Shown: positions 1-10,448 of the stretch, piece after piece | Position numbering within the stretch: position 1 is the stretch's first letter | Layout: each line of letters starts with the position of its first letter | NCBI GenBank assembly: GCA_963664395.2 | Contig: OY761159.2 | Span: 1,024,001 to 1,088,000 of the forward strand | Length of the DNA stretch: 64,000 nt | Origin: Candidatus Binatia bacterium | Lineage (GTDB): Bacteria; Desulfobacterota; Binatia; Bin18 | Reading direction: 5' to 3' | Notes under the pieces: model-generated | Told to the model about the DNA's origin: nothing | The model's input: only the letters and a program-made list of their open reading frames with translations | Database searches by the model: none | Made by a program: the position numbers and the translations under genes

Positions 1-2
1 CA

Positions 3-1028
3 GAAAAAATTGCGTTGACCGCTCAAGAGCTGCCACAGAATCTCAAAGACCTGCATGAGGCCGGCATGTTGCTCAATGCGTGTTCGCTTGATCAGCTTCG
101 TTATTTTGGCGAGAATTTTCCAGGACAGGAACTCGGCATTCGTTTCAACCCCGGTCTCGGCTCGGGCGGGACGAACCGGACCAACGTTGGTGGCCCGGCA
201 GCAAGTTTTGGCATTTGGCACGAAGACAGAGCAGAAGTACAGGCCATTGTGCAAAAGCACCATCTCAAGGTCATCCGTATTCATACCCATATCGGCTCAG
301 GCTCAGACCCCGCGGTGTGGCAACATGTGGCCGGCATGAGTATCGGCTTGTTAGAGCATTTTCCTGACGCTCACACATTAAACCTGGGCGGTGGGTATAA
401 AGTGGGCCGTATGCGTCACGAAACCTCGACCGACCTACAGGAAGTCGGCCAGCCTGTGACCCAGATTTTTGTGGCGTTTGGGGAAGCAACGGGAAGAAAA
501 ATTCGACTGGAAGTCGAACCGGGGACGTATCTGGTCGCCAATGCTGGCTGCGTGCTTACCACAATCCAGGACCGCACCAGCACGGGAAAAGACGGCTATT
601 CCTTTCTCAAGATCGACGGCGGCATGACCGAAGTGCTCCGTCCGAGTATGTATGGCGCTCAGCATCCTCTCGTTGTCGTCTCGGCAACAACCGAGCAGGA
701 ACAACGCCCGACTATAGAGGCCGTTGTTGCCGGTCACTGTTGTGAATCCGGCGATATCCTCACCCCGTCGGCCGGCGACCCGGAGGCTCTTGAACCCCGC
801 GCGCTCCGCGGCGCCGCTGTCGGTGACTATCTGGTGATTGAAGGCGCAGGCGCGTATTGCGCCGGCATGAGTTCTAAAAATTACAACTCGTTTCCGGAAG
901 CGCCGGAAGTGCTGTACCGCGGACCGGAGCAGGAACCCCTGCTTATCCGCAAGCAGCAAACGCTGGACCAGATCATTCAGAACGAAGTGTTTCAGCCTGG
1001 AGATTCTTCTGGAGTGAATCTCCGATAA
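3..1028 (+). CDS. lysA: Diaminopimelate decarboxylase (5'-truncated by window edge)
   Basis: Frame is open from base 3. [39 protein letters not shown] and [14 protein letters not shown] are motifs of the fold-III PLP decarboxylase LysA. Confidence 0.9.
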   Translation, partial: EKIALTAQELPQNLKDLHEAGMLLNACSLDQLRYFGENFPGQELGIRFNPGLGSGGTNRTNVGGPAASFGIWHEDRAEVQAIVQKHHLKVIRIHTHIGSGSDPAVWQHVAGMSIGLLEHFPDAHTLNLGGGYKVGRMRHETSTDLQEVGQPVTQIFVAFGEATGRKIRLEVEPGTYLVANAGCVLTTIQDRTSTGKDGYSFLKIDGGMTEVLRPSMYGAQHPLVVVSATTEQEQRPTIEAVVAGHCCESGDILTPSAGDPEALEPRALRGAAVGDYLVIEGAGAYCAGMSSKNYNSFPEAPEVLYRGPEQEPLLIRKQQTLDQIIQNEVFQPGDSSGVNLR

Positions 1029-1743
1029 AAGGTCTCAACCAATAGGGTTTGAGAAACTCCTGTTCAATAAAACGCGGATCATCACTCAGGGATGGGCCGT
1101 GGTCCACAGTCGTCCAGTACGCGTAGAACTGCTCGTGCAGACCGGGGTCGGAGATGGTGAACTCGCCCTCTTTCTCACACTGTTTCAGCCAGACGTGCAT
1201 CGCGTCAAAGGCTTCAAGCCCGGCTTGTTGCCATAAGACCCGCCCGCCTCCGTATTCCTTGTATAAATGACGTTGTAGTTTCCAGTTGGCGACCATCCAG
1301 CCGGCAAAACGTCGGCCGGGCGGTCTGAGCTGGGCATCAATCACCTGCCGTTCGTCCTCAAGCTGTTGTTTCTCCTCCGCAGCAAGCCCCGGCTTCGCAA
1401 GCGCGTGTTCAATCTCCGCGCGGCGATCTTTGAGCGGATGGTCCTGGGCCTTGAGGCGTTCATTATGCCAGCCATCAAAATGCGCAGTCGCGGTTGAGAC
1501 CTCTCGCTGTATGGGTTGAATCTCGCCCTTGTGCGCTGCGCGGTACTGCCGCATAACCGGATGGCTGAACAGATTGTGCAGTTCATTTGAGAGAGCTGCG
1601 CCCTCTTTGGCCGAGAGCTGGTCTCTATACACAGGCTGCCCCAGCACTGTCCCAATCTGCTCACGTAGCGTTTCTTCAGCGAGAGCAGGAGAGAAGAGCA
1701 ACAGACTGAATACGAACAGTCTCAGCAATTGCATTCCGGTCAT
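973..1743 (-). CDS. Hypothetical exported protein
   Basis: Signal-peptide-like N-terminus ([19 protein letters not shown]), helical charged body. 3' end overlaps the lysA 3' end by ~56 nt. Start codon uncertain. Confidence 0.6.
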   Translation of the reverse strand: MTGMQLLRLFVFSLLLFSPALAEETLREQIGTVLGQPVYRDQLSAKEGAALSNELHNLFSHPVMRQYRAAHKGEIQPIQREVSTATAHFDGWHNERLKAQDHPLKDRRAEIEHALAKPGLAAEEKQQLEDERQVIDAQLRPPGRRFAGWMVANWKLQRHLYKEYGGGRVLWQQAGLEAFDAMHVWLKQCEKEGEFTISDPGLHEQFYAYWTTVDHGPSLSDDPRFIEQEFLKPYWLRPFIGDSLQKNLQAETLRSE

Positions 1744-2016
1744 CCACTTCCCTTTCACTACAGTTCCATCGCAAGAGCATTTGCAGCTTCCTGACATCTA
1801 ACATGGCAGAAAAGCTGAGTAGAAAAAACTCCACTCGCAGTGCGTCCCTTCACCGGAATAAATGTGGCAGCAGAGACCGGTCTCCACCGCCCATGCTGGC
1901 GAGCACGATCAAACTCCGTCACGCTAGCTTTCAAGACACCCGGCTATTGCCGCCGCTGTAGCATTGAGACATATTAGGTTGGAGCAATCCGGAACACAGG
2001 AAGAAGGAGATACCAC

Positions 2017-2301
2017 ATGTCAGCATACATGATCGTTCAGGCGGATATTACGAATCCCGAGAAGTTTCCCGAATACCAGAAACTTGCCGTTCCTGCCGTG
2101 CAGAAATACAATGGCAAGATTCTCGGTCGGGGGGCACCGGACACAGTCGAAGGCCAATGGGGTGCCCCACTCGCCCTCATTATCGAGTTTGAGTCGGTCG
2201 AAGCCGCCAAGGGTTTCTTCAATTCTCCGGAGTATACTGCCGCCCGCGAGGCGAGGGCAAACACTGCCAATTTCGTCATGTCTATTATTCCGGGAGCGTA
2301 G
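2017..2301 (+). CDS. DUF1330 family protein
   Basis: MSAYMIV...Y...A..AVQKYNG...EG.W....IIEFES.EAAK.F.NSPEY..AR..R pattern. RBS AAGGAG upstream. Confidence 0.85.
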   Translation: MSAYMIVQADITNPEKFPEYQKLAVPAVQKYNGKILGRGAPDTVEGQWGAPLALIIEFESVEAAKGFFNSPEYTAAREARANTANFVMSIIPGA

Positions 2302-2323
2302 CAAGCGAACAGGCAAGTGAACG

Positions 2324-2372
2324 AGCAGGGGACGGGTCGCTCTGGCCCGCCCCTGCTTTATTCTTCCTTTTT
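2324..2372 (+). terminator. Probable intrinsic terminator hairpin between convergent genes
   Basis: Inverted repeat AGCAGGGG...CCCCTGCT followed by a T-rich tract. Confidence 0.55.
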
Positions 2373-2426
2373 TGGAACCGAGACTTGAAAGGCCGGGCGT
2401 TCTCGCAGTCGGTCGTAATACTTCAT
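2358..2426 (-). pseudogene. Possible 3' remnant of a glutathione S-transferase-like gene
   Basis: Reads MKYYDRLRERPAFQVSVPKKEE*, resembling the GST C-terminal Y.RL..RPAFQ helix. Starts at an ATGA overlap with the upstream gene. Confidence 0.35.
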
Positions 2427-2632
2427 CGCCGTTGGGAACGCAGGCGTAAGAGCGATAACAACTCGGAGAGTTCGACAAGCCCTTCTGCCTCTGTGCGTTC
2501 GGCAGACGTGAGGGCATCCCCTCGATCCTGTCGGTCCAGGAGGTCATGCAAGCGTTCGTTCACTCCCCGCGGTAGTTTGAATCGGTCAAGGTCAGCTGGC
2601 ATTTCAAACTCGACGAGAACATGCTGAGGCAT
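2423..2632 (-). CDS. Small antitoxin-like hypothetical protein (69 aa)
   Basis: MPQHVLVEFEMP...RLHDLLDRQDRG..LT.AER.EAEGLV.L.ELLSLLRLR with strong RBS AGGAGG. This type usually precedes an HNH nuclease, which is absent here. Confidence 0.6.
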   Translation of the reverse strand: MPQHVLVEFEMPADLDRFKLPRGVNERLHDLLDRQDRGDALTSAERTEAEGLVELSELLSLLRLRSQRR

Positions 2633-2738
2633 CGGTGCCCTCCTCCTATAAGATATTTCATTATAGAGTATTTTGAGTGCTCTGTTCAGCTTAGCCAGAC
2701 AGGCTCCGTATCGGCCAGGGTTTTGATGAGAGAGGAAA

Positions 2739-2982
2739 TCAGAAGGACCCTCTGCCGTCTTCACCAGGCGCAGGCTTATTATCTTTTGTAATTCGGATCA
2801 GAAACCGTAGCGCCTCGTTGACGGACTCCGCATTGGGAAAGACTTCCGCCACATCATCCGCCAAGCGGATCACAGCACCAAAACGCTTACGGCCAGGACC
2901 GAGTCTTCGCACCCGGAGGCTCTTGAGATCATATTCCGACCGCAGTTCGTCCTCTTTTTCCTCAGTATTATCCTTACTTCAT
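2739..2982 (-). pseudogene. BrnA-like antitoxin with a one-base insertion right after the start codon
   Basis: KDNTEEKEDELRSEYDLKSLRVRRLGPGRKRFGAVIRLADDVAEVFPNAESVNEALRFLIR is out of frame with ATG (ATGAAG-T-AAGGAT). Span is 3n+1. Confidence 0.6.
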
Positions 2983-2989
2983 AGAGAGA

Positions 2990-3020
2990 TGTCGGATTAC
3001 GCTCCGCTAATCCGACCTAC
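2990..3020. repeat. GTAG-type REP palindrome
   Basis: TGTCGGATTACGCTCCGCTAATCCGACCTAC; near-identical copy at 42203-42233. Confidence 0.75.
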
Positions 3021-3070
3021 AACTAAGTCAGTAAACGAGAGAAGTTTGTTTGAACGTATTTTTTGTACTC

Positions 3071-3505
3071 CTAGATACATGAACGCTCCTTCACATATTC
3101 CTCCGCTTCGTCAGTGTCCTTATTCTTGCGTTTTCCATTGAACAATAATGAGCGTTTACCCGCGTTTTTACCCGCTTTATTTTGCTTTGCTTCCGCTAGA
3201 AACTCGTCGGAACTCATAATCCACATGGTGTCCAGACGCTCGGAATAAAAGACAAACCAATAGTCAGGGCGCTGCTCATGTTCTATTGCAGCGAACCTAC
3301 CAGCATCTCCTAATACGGCATCTTTTGACCGTGCTTTGATCTGAATTTCAATAAATCTACCGTCCGGTCTTTTGACAACGGCGTCAATGGCATCGTCATC
3401 TACAAGTGGCAAATAGACATCCAATCCTTCCTTGAGCATCTGCCCTACTATCCAATATTCGATGCGCTTTCCAAATGCGGCTGAATTCCGAAAAGATCCT
3501 CTCAC
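3071..3505 (-). CDS. Small PD-(D/E)XK-type endonuclease-like protein
   Basis: GKRIEY...G.DVY.P.VDD.AID.VV...IEIQIKARS catalytic pattern. More AT-rich than its neighbours. Confidence 0.7.
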   Translation of the reverse strand: MRGSFRNSAAFGKRIEYWIVGQMLKEGLDVYLPLVDDDAIDAVVKRPDGRFIEIQIKARSKDAVLGDAGRFAAIEHEQRPDYWFVFYSERLDTMWIMSSDEFLAEAKQNKAGKNAGKRSLLFNGKRKNKDTDEAEEYVKERSCI

Positions 3506-3531
3506 CGCAATTCACTCCCGATACATAGTTG

Positions 3532-5369
3532 CTATTCCCCCGTCACCGACTCGACATACGCCTGCGCCGCTGCATCGAAGGCCGTCTGCTCGGCGAACTC
3601 CCCAACTGCACGCGCTGCATATGGGCTCGATTGTCCTCCAGTTCGACCACGCACTCCACGACCCCCAGGCGGGCTGAGGCTCCCTCACCTGCCTCCTCAG
3701 GGGGTAGGAGTTTGGCTTCGGAGGTCATCTGTTTGATATGGTCCCGGTGCTCCGCCCGCCAAGCGTCGAACTCCTCGCGGCTGATGCTCGTCTCGCGCCA
3801 GAAGGCGGCTTGGTCGTAGGGCAGTTCTCGGAAGCGTTGCAGCAGGAAGTCGCGGGCCAGAAAGGCCAGCAGATTGCCGGCCTTGGGGCCGGAGTCGCGG
3901 TCGAGTAGCGTCCGATAGATCGCCTGAAAGGCGCGGGCCGGCGCGAGCGGGGTGAGCCGCGCGGCGTCGAATACCGCAGCCTGTAAGGCGTTATCGTCCT
4001 GCGGAATATCGGGCAGACGGGCGGCGAGTTGGTGCAGAAAGGCGTGCTGGCTGGCGGTTAGCTCGGCGGCTCGCTCCGGCAACGTTTTCTGCAAGACGAT
4101 CCGCTCCTCGGGGCTGGCGTAATGCTCCAGCCAGTAGCGGGCCGCCTGGGCCCGGCGTTCGAGTTGCTCCCGCTCAACCGGGGTCAGCGCCGCGCCCTTG
4201 CGCTTTTCGATCTCTCCGGTGAGATCAAGATGCGGCAATTGCGCAATCGTCGCCACCAGTTGAAAGTCCGCGGCGTAGAAATCATCGTCCAGGGTGGTCT
4301 GCGACAGGTGGTACACCCGCTTATCGTCTTCCGAAACCGAGGGGTCACGGTGCACGCGGGTATGAAATCGATCAAAATCATTGAAGATTTTGATAATGGA
4401 TTTTTCGTCCGGGGAGAAATTTACCGGCTGTTTGGGCTGGGTGCGGATCATCAGGAAACGCAGAATTTCGGGCGGCAGGAAATCCGCCATAGCCCGCGCC
4501 GACACTCCCAGCCCTTTGGACGAACTCATTTTCGCCCCACCCACGAGGAAGAATTCATACGGGATATTGAGCGGCGGAGCCTGGTTGAAGATTCTGCGCA
4601 AACAGGCCGCGGCCACGTCCCGAGAGCCGCCTTTTGTGGTATGATCTTTGCCCGCGCCCTCAATCGTAATATTGAACGTTTTCCACTTCGCGGTCCATTC
4701 GAGCTTCCACGGTAATTTCCCCTTGCCGTCAAACGGAGAAATTTTTCCTTGATAGCCGCACCCGGCAGCCCAAGTGACCAGATCAGGCCGGCAGGTGTAG
4801 GTGACCTCTTTCCCGTTATAGTCAGTGACTTCGGTCGTGCCGATACGCCCGCACTGTTCGCACACGGCTTGGAAGGGATACCAGTTATCCGGTCGCTCGG
4901 CCTTACTGACTTCTTTGTATACACCGCGAACGGTCGCCGCGTTGCGCAAAATATCATCAATGGCCGCATTGAATTGGCCTGAGCGGTAGATATCACGCAG
5001 CCGGTAGGTCTCGGCCTCGACGTTCAGGTCATGGAATACGCTGAAAAAATCCTGAATATAGTGCTCGGCTATATCGGAAAAGGAAGAACCCGGCGGCGAC
5101 GGCACGTTACACAGCGGCATGCCAAGATAGGGCCGGAAGAACTCTTCTTCGCCGGCCGGCAGCTCGTCCAAGGGGTCATAGTCATCCACCCCAAAGGTAT
5201 ACCGGACCGGCAGTCCACGGGCCTGAATAGCCCGGAAGACGACGTCGTGAATGAGCACGCCCCGCAGGGCACCAACATGGGCACGGCCCGAGGGTGTCTT
5301 CGAGTCGTTGATCAGTTGCTCTCCCCCGCCCTTCTCAATCTGGGCCGCGATTTTATCACACCAAAGCAT
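3532..5369 (-). CDS. lysS: Lysine--tRNA ligase, class I, with C-terminal extension (probable one-base frameshift near 3600)
   Basis: TPSGRAHVG (HIGH-like), GKLPWKLEW, EGAGKDH, PYEFF, KMSSSKG, SGPK motifs. As assembled the ORF stops at 3543; the alternative frame ends naturally at 3532. Confidence 0.92.
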
Positions 5370-5683
5370 GCATCCTCTCCAACTTGTTTATTCTGCCTCA
5401 GTAAGCGCTCCGGGGGCAGGAATCAGGCCAAGAATCAGGCTCTGTTATGCTATGAAAACACAAAAAAGGCAAAAGCGCTTCGACCCTCTTCTCTCATGGG
5501 TGCTCTTCGTCTTCGCTCACCGCTCCGTTCCTGTCTCAGGGGGAAGGGCTGGCGTCCTTCGCTTTACAGGGTTCGTGGCAAGCTCTATGAAGGAAGGAGC
5601 GTCGTTAGAGTCGCTCGGAATTCTGGTCCACCCAAATGAGGCAGTAAGGCGAGCCAGACACATCAGGAAGGAGACCGCGGATT

Positions 5684-6775
5684 GTGGAACAGGACCGAGC
5701 AGCCAGCGTACATGCGCTCCGCGTCTCCGAGCAGGTTCTTTCCCTTGTTCACGAACATATAAAGCGGATTGAGCAGATGCAGCCCGGCGCTCGGCATGGC
5801 CTCGACCTGAAGGAGGTCTCGGGTCTCAACGGCTTGGAAGCTGCAACCCTGCTGCGACTCGTACAGCAGGGAAAAAGTCGCGGGGTGACGGTGCAGTTTA
5901 CCGGAGTCTGTCAGCAAGTCTACCAAGCGTTTACTGGGCTTGATCTTAGCCTGCTCGATCCACCCGAACCTGCGCGCGGCAGACTGTCGCTGCTGGAGTC
6001 GATTGGCGACCATACACTGGCAGCCGTGGCAACCGGCCGCCGGCTCATCGAAATGATTGGCGAGCTCGCGTATTGGCTTTATATTGCCCCGTGGCGCGGA
6101 AAAGGCATTAAATGGGACCGGACACACGAGCAAGTCGTTAAAATTGGAGTGGACGGCATCCCTATTGTCACCTTTCTCTCCTTTCTGATCGGCGCGGTCC
6201 TGGCCCTGAACGCCGCCAGTCAGTTACGACAGTTCGGCGCCGCCATCTATATTGCCAATCTCGTCGCCGTTTCCATGACGCGTGAGATGGCCCCCTTGAT
6301 TACGGCTATCATTGTCGCGGGACGGAGTGGTTCGGCCATTACCGCGGAGCTTGGGACCATGGTGGTGTCCGAAGAGATCGACGCCATGCGCACCATGGCC
6401 CTCAGTCCGGGCCGCTTTCTGCTGCTGCCGCGCATGCTCGCCTTGCTGTGTGCCGTGCCAGGTCTGACCATACTCTCAAATGTGACCGGAATTTTTGGTG
6501 GCTATTGGGTCGGCGTTGTTTTACTTGGGCTGGGCAGTCGGAATTATCTCCAACAAACAGGACAGGCCCTCCTCATCAGCGACTTGGTCACGGGCATGAT
6601 TAAAAGCCTGGTCTTCGCCTTCCTGATTGGTATAGTCGCCTGCTACCGGGGCTGCTATGTGCACGGCGGGGCCGAAGGCGTAGGGACGAATACCACGGCA
6701 TCCGTTGTCGCTTCCATTGTCCTGTGTATTCTGGCAGATGCCGTCTTTACGACGATATTTTTCTATTTGTCCTAA
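5684..6775 (+). CDS. mlaE: MlaE-family ABC permease with N-terminal STAS domain
   Basis: REMAPLITAIIVAGRSGSAITAELGTM.VSEEIDAMRTM and GGAEGVG..TTASVV. Confidence 0.88.
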   Translation: MEQDRAASVHALRVSEQVLSLVHEHIKRIEQMQPGARHGLDLKEVSGLNGLEAATLLRLVQQGKSRGVTVQFTGVCQQVYQAFTGLDLSLLDPPEPARGRLSLLESIGDHTLAAVATGRRLIEMIGELAYWLYIAPWRGKGIKWDRTHEQVVKIGVDGIPIVTFLSFLIGAVLALNAASQLRQFGAAIYIANLVAVSMTREMAPLITAIIVAGRSGSAITAELGTMVVSEEIDAMRTMALSPGRFLLLPRMLALLCAVPGLTILSNVTGIFGGYWVGVVLLGLGSRNYLQQTGQALLISDLVTGMIKSLVFAFLIGIVACYRGCYVHGGAEGVGTNTTASVVASIVLCILADAVFTTIFFYLS

Positions 6776-6793
6776 CGAATATGTCTGGTCAGT

Positions 6794-7633
6794 ATGATGT
6801 CAGCAGCTCACCTATCGCCTTCCGTTCCCCCCGCCGTTCAGGTTGACGGACTCGTAGCCGAGTACGACGGACGTGCTGTCCTTGACCACGTCAGCATGCA
6901 GGCCCGGCAAGGCGAAATCACGGTTGTGTTGGGCGAAAGCGGCTGTGGCAAAACAACATTACTGCGCCATATCGTCGGGCTTCTGACACCAAAGGCCGGC
7001 AGGGTCCTCATCAACGGGCAGAACTTTCATACAGCAACCGAAGAGGAGCGTGAGCGAATCCTGCGCAACGTCGGCATGTCCTTCCAGGGTGGAGCCTTGT
7101 TTAACTCCATGACCCTGGAAGAGAATGTCACTTTGCCAATTATCGAACATACCCAGGTAGACCAGGCAACCGCGGCCCTGCTGGCCCGAATGAAGCTCTC
7201 CCTGGTTGGCCTGGGCCATGCCGCCCACCTGTTACCCGCAGAAATCAGTGGTGGTATGAAGAAACGAGCGGCCGTTGCCCGCGCGCTGGCCTTAGACCCC
7301 GGCTTGCTGCTCTTCGACGAACTCTCGGCGGGTCTAGATCCTGTCACTGCGCGTGAGCTGGATGAATTGGTCCTGCGCTTAAAAGAGCACTTGGGCGTGA
7401 CCATCGTTATTGTGACGCATGAACTCGGGAGTATTCAAACGATTGCCGACCGGGCCGTCATGTTGGACGCAGGAAAAGTCCTTGCCGCCGGCTCCTTGGA
7501 GGAAGTCCGGCAGACGGACCACCCGAAGATCCGGGCCTTTTTCGACCGTCGTCCGCGCCCCAGGGTCCTGCACGGCGATTTGCGTGACAGCCTTATCGTG
7601 AATGGAGAACAGTATGGGACAGGATCGGCTTAA
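6794..7633 (+). CDS. mlaF: MlaF-family ABC ATP-binding protein
   Basis: Walker A GESGCGKT, FQ.GALFNSMT, signature ISGGMKKR, Walker B LLFDE, H-loop VTHE. Confidence 0.88.
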   Translation: MMSAAHLSPSVPPAVQVDGLVAEYDGRAVLDHVSMQARQGEITVVLGESGCGKTTLLRHIVGLLTPKAGRVLINGQNFHTATEEERERILRNVGMSFQGGALFNSMTLEENVTLPIIEHTQVDQATAALLARMKLSLVGLGHAAHLLPAEISGGMKKRAAVARALALDPGLLLFDELSAGLDPVTARELDELVLRLKEHLGVTIVIVTHELGSIQTIADRAVMLDAGKVLAAGSLEEVRQTDHPKIRAFFDRRPRPRVLHGDLRDSLIVNGEQYGTGSA

Positions 7634-8549
7634 GGTCGGCTTGTTCGTCACGGTCAGCTTCTTTTTATTTGCCAGTGCTCTGCTATGGCTGGCTGGCTCG
7701 CGTTTTTTTCAGTCGGTCGATACCTACACCATTCTCTTTGCAGAGTCGGTCAGTGGACTCTTACCCGGCGCCGCAGTCGAATACCAAGGGGTAACAGTAG
7801 GGAAAGTCGAAACCCTCGGCCTGACCCAGGACGCGCCGCCCCGCGTCCAGGTGACAATTGCGCTCCAGCCAGACACCCCAATCCGACAAGATACGACGGC
7901 TCATCTTATCGGCTCCTTTGTGACCGGCATTCGCTATATCGAATTGGCGGGAGGGTCGAGTGCCGCTCCCGTCTTGGACCCTGGGGCCGTCATTCCAGTG
8001 CAACGCGGGGGACTTGAGGAGTTCCGAGATCGCGCCAGTGCCATTGCTGAGCGCCTGCTGGACACCTTAACCCGCATTGAACAAGGTGTGCTGAGCCAAA
8101 ACAATTTGACCGCAGTCACGGACTTTCTGAGAAATATGTCGCTGCTGACGAAAGACCTGCGCACCTCGCTGGCCGAAGTGTCAACACCGGACACGCGGCT
8201 GGCGTTACGTCAGATGGTCGATAATTTAGCTCAGACTGCCGCCGGTCTGAAAAGCGCCACCGCCGCGATCAACACGATTCGGGAAGAGCTGTTTCAGGAT
8301 GGCAAAGCCATGCTGGTCCAGATTCGAAACACCGCAGAGGTCACCGCCGACCTCGCCAGCGACGTGCGCCGCCTGACCCAACACGTGGACGCGCTTGTGG
8401 TCGATAATCGTCACGAGGTCCGGCAGCTCCTGAGCAATTTGTCACACACCTCGTACGAACTCAGAGAGCTGAGTGTATCCTTACGCACTGACCCGTCTTC
8501 ACTCATCTGGGGGACAACCGTCTCAGCAAAAGAAATTCCCGATCCATGA
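7614..8549 (+). CDS. mlaD: MlaD/MCE-domain periplasmic protein
   Basis: N-terminal TM VGLFV, ESVSGL..GA.V.YQGV.VG.V MCE motif, helical C-terminus ending DPSSLIWG. Confidence 0.85.
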   Translation: MGQDRLKVGLFVTVSFFLFASALLWLAGSRFFQSVDTYTILFAESVSGLLPGAAVEYQGVTVGKVETLGLTQDAPPRVQVTIALQPDTPIRQDTTAHLIGSFVTGIRYIELAGGSSAAPVLDPGAVIPVQRGGLEEFRDRASAIAERLLDTLTRIEQGVLSQNNLTAVTDFLRNMSLLTKDLRTSLAEVSTPDTRLALRQMVDNLAQTAAGLKSATAAINTIREELFQDGKAMLVQIRNTAEVTADLASDVRRLTQHVDALVVDNRHEVRQLLSNLSHTSYELRELSVSLRTDPSSLIWGTTVSAKEIPDP

Positions 8550-9168
8550 GGTATCCCAGGCTCTTCTTTCCGATTCTTCTCATTCCAGCCTTGTGCTCGG
8601 CGGGTGTAGCCTCATGCGCTCCAAACAAGAGGTGCAGTATTACGCTTTGACCCTGCCCACGCGCGCCTCTGCCCCGTCCAGTCCGGCACCCATCACGGCG
8701 TCGCTCGTCGTGCGGCCGTTTAGCGCCCAACCGCCGTATAACCGAGACCGTATTGTCTACCGCTCTTCACCCTATGAGTTTGATTTTTATCACTATCACC
8801 GCTGGGTCACGAAACCGGCTGACATGCTCACCGCCCTGACCCGGCGTTCACTGCAACAGTCTGGTCTCTTTACGACGGTCTATCCCACCTCAGACGCCCA
8901 GGCCGATCTGCAACTCGGAGGGGTTATCCGGCAATACGAAGAGGTCGATCAGACGCAAGCCTGGCAAGCGGTTCTGAGTATCGAGGTGTGGCTGTCCCGC
9001 TCCCGGGAGCCGGCCCCCTTCTGGTTCCAGCTCTATACGGCAACCCAGCCGGCGGCGAAGCGCAACCCGGCTGCTGTTGCTGAAGCGATGAGTCGGAATT
9101 TGCAGGATATTCTTGAGCGACTTGCTCACGATCTGGCACGCGAGTTATCAACGAAGCCACCCCCCTGA
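8546..9168 (+). CDS. ABC-type transport auxiliary lipoprotein (PqiC family); signal peptide frameshifted as assembled
   Basis: ATG at 8546 overlaps the mlaD stop and reads MRYPRLFFPILLI; the frame then shifts to SSLVLGGC lipobox. Y.RDRIVYR...Y.YHRW..P motif. Confidence 0.75.
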
Positions 9169-9210
9169 CGATGAGGACACCTGTCAGACGAATAAGGAGG
9201 AAGACGACCT

Positions 9211-10368
9211 ATGGACGCCACCACAGCCCAGATGCCTTTTGAGGGCGTCATTGATGCCGACGGACATATTTTGGAGCCTCCTGACCTGTGGGAGACCTAT
9301 CTTGAATCAAAATATCAAGACCGGGCCTTACGCATACAAACAGATGAGCACGATCTTGAATATTTAGAGATCAACGGCAAGAAGTCAAAGCTGAGTGCCT
9401 ATGGTACGCTGGGTTTTCTGGGCGGTATGGGCAAAAGCGCGGCAGAGACCATTCCGAAGCCCGAACGGACGTATGTCCGGGGTGCCCCCTTTGGCGCGAT
9501 GAATGCCAAAGAACGGGTGCAGCTCATGGATCAGGAGGGCACGGAAAAGGCGATTCTCTACCCCACACTCGGCATTTTATGGGAGGCCGAGTGTGACGAC
9601 GCGAAAATCTCTTCCGCCTATTGCCGAGCGTATAATCAGTGGATTTTAGATTTCTGCTCCGAGAGTGACGGCCGGCTCCTCCCGGTTGCCCATATCTCAC
9701 TGGGCGACGTTGGCGCAGCAGTCCGTGAATTGGAGCGCACGGCGAAGGCCGGAGCAGTTGGGGCTTTTGTCGCGCCGTTTACGATTACCAAAGTGCCGCA
9801 TGGCCATCCCGACCACGATCCCGTCTGGGCCAAGGCCCAAGAGCTGGATATGCCGATTGCCATCCACCCCACGCTTGAGCCGGTTGCGGTTAATCCCCAT
9901 CTGCGTTTTACCCAAATGGGCCATAAGGCCGGCTGGTATTATAACGTCTTTGCCGGCATGGGCACGCAAATGGCATTTACGACCCTTTTTCAATTCGGAA
10001 CGTTTGACCGCTTCCCCAACCTCAAGGTGGTGGTGCTAGAGAGTGGCGCCGGCTGGGTCGGGTTTTGGATTGATCGCATGGACGCGTTTTATAAAGTTCC
10101 AGTCGGCGCCTCGTGTCAGCTCAAAGACATACCGAGCACCTATCTACGCAATCAATGCTGGATCTCGGCAGATCCGGATGAGCGCGCGCTCACTCAGCTC
10201 GTCGATTATATTGGAGCCGACCGGCTCATGTGGGCAACCGACTTCTCTCATCCCGATCACGGCGGCCATTACGTTCAGGAATTACGCGAGATGTTGTCGC
10301 CACTTCCGGAGCCGGTGCAGAAACAAATTGCCGGAGAGAACGTCAGGCGGTTGTACAAGATATACTGA
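9211..10368 (+). CDS. Amidohydrolase_2 family metal-dependent hydrolase/decarboxylase
   Basis: IDADGHILEP, RAYN.W..DFC, IAIHP, DRFPNLKVVVLESGAGW, WATDFSHPD. Confidence 0.85.
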   Translation: MDATTAQMPFEGVIDADGHILEPPDLWETYLESKYQDRALRIQTDEHDLEYLEINGKKSKLSAYGTLGFLGGMGKSAAETIPKPERTYVRGAPFGAMNAKERVQLMDQEGTEKAILYPTLGILWEAECDDAKISSAYCRAYNQWILDFCSESDGRLLPVAHISLGDVGAAVRELERTAKAGAVGAFVAPFTITKVPHGHPDHDPVWAKAQELDMPIAIHPTLEPVAVNPHLRFTQMGHKAGWYYNVFAGMGTQMAFTTLFQFGTFDRFPNLKVVVLESGAGWVGFWIDRMDAFYKVPVGASCQLKDIPSTYLRNQCWISADPDERALTQLVDYIGADRLMWATDFSHPDHGGHYVQELREMLSPLPEPVQKQIAGENVRRLYKIY

Positions 10369-10371
10369 CTC

Positions 10372-10433
10372 GTAGGCGGGCACCTCTTGTGGGTACCCGT
10401 CAGAAAACGGGCGGGCACAAGACCCGCCCCTCC
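10372..10433. repeat. REPIN-like inverted pair of GTAG-type REP palindromes
   Basis: GTAGGCGGGCACCTCTTGTGGGTACCCG ... CGGGCGGGCACAAGACCCGCCCCTCC between convergent genes. Confidence 0.55.
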
Positions 10434-10448
10434 AATGGGGAAGGGTGA

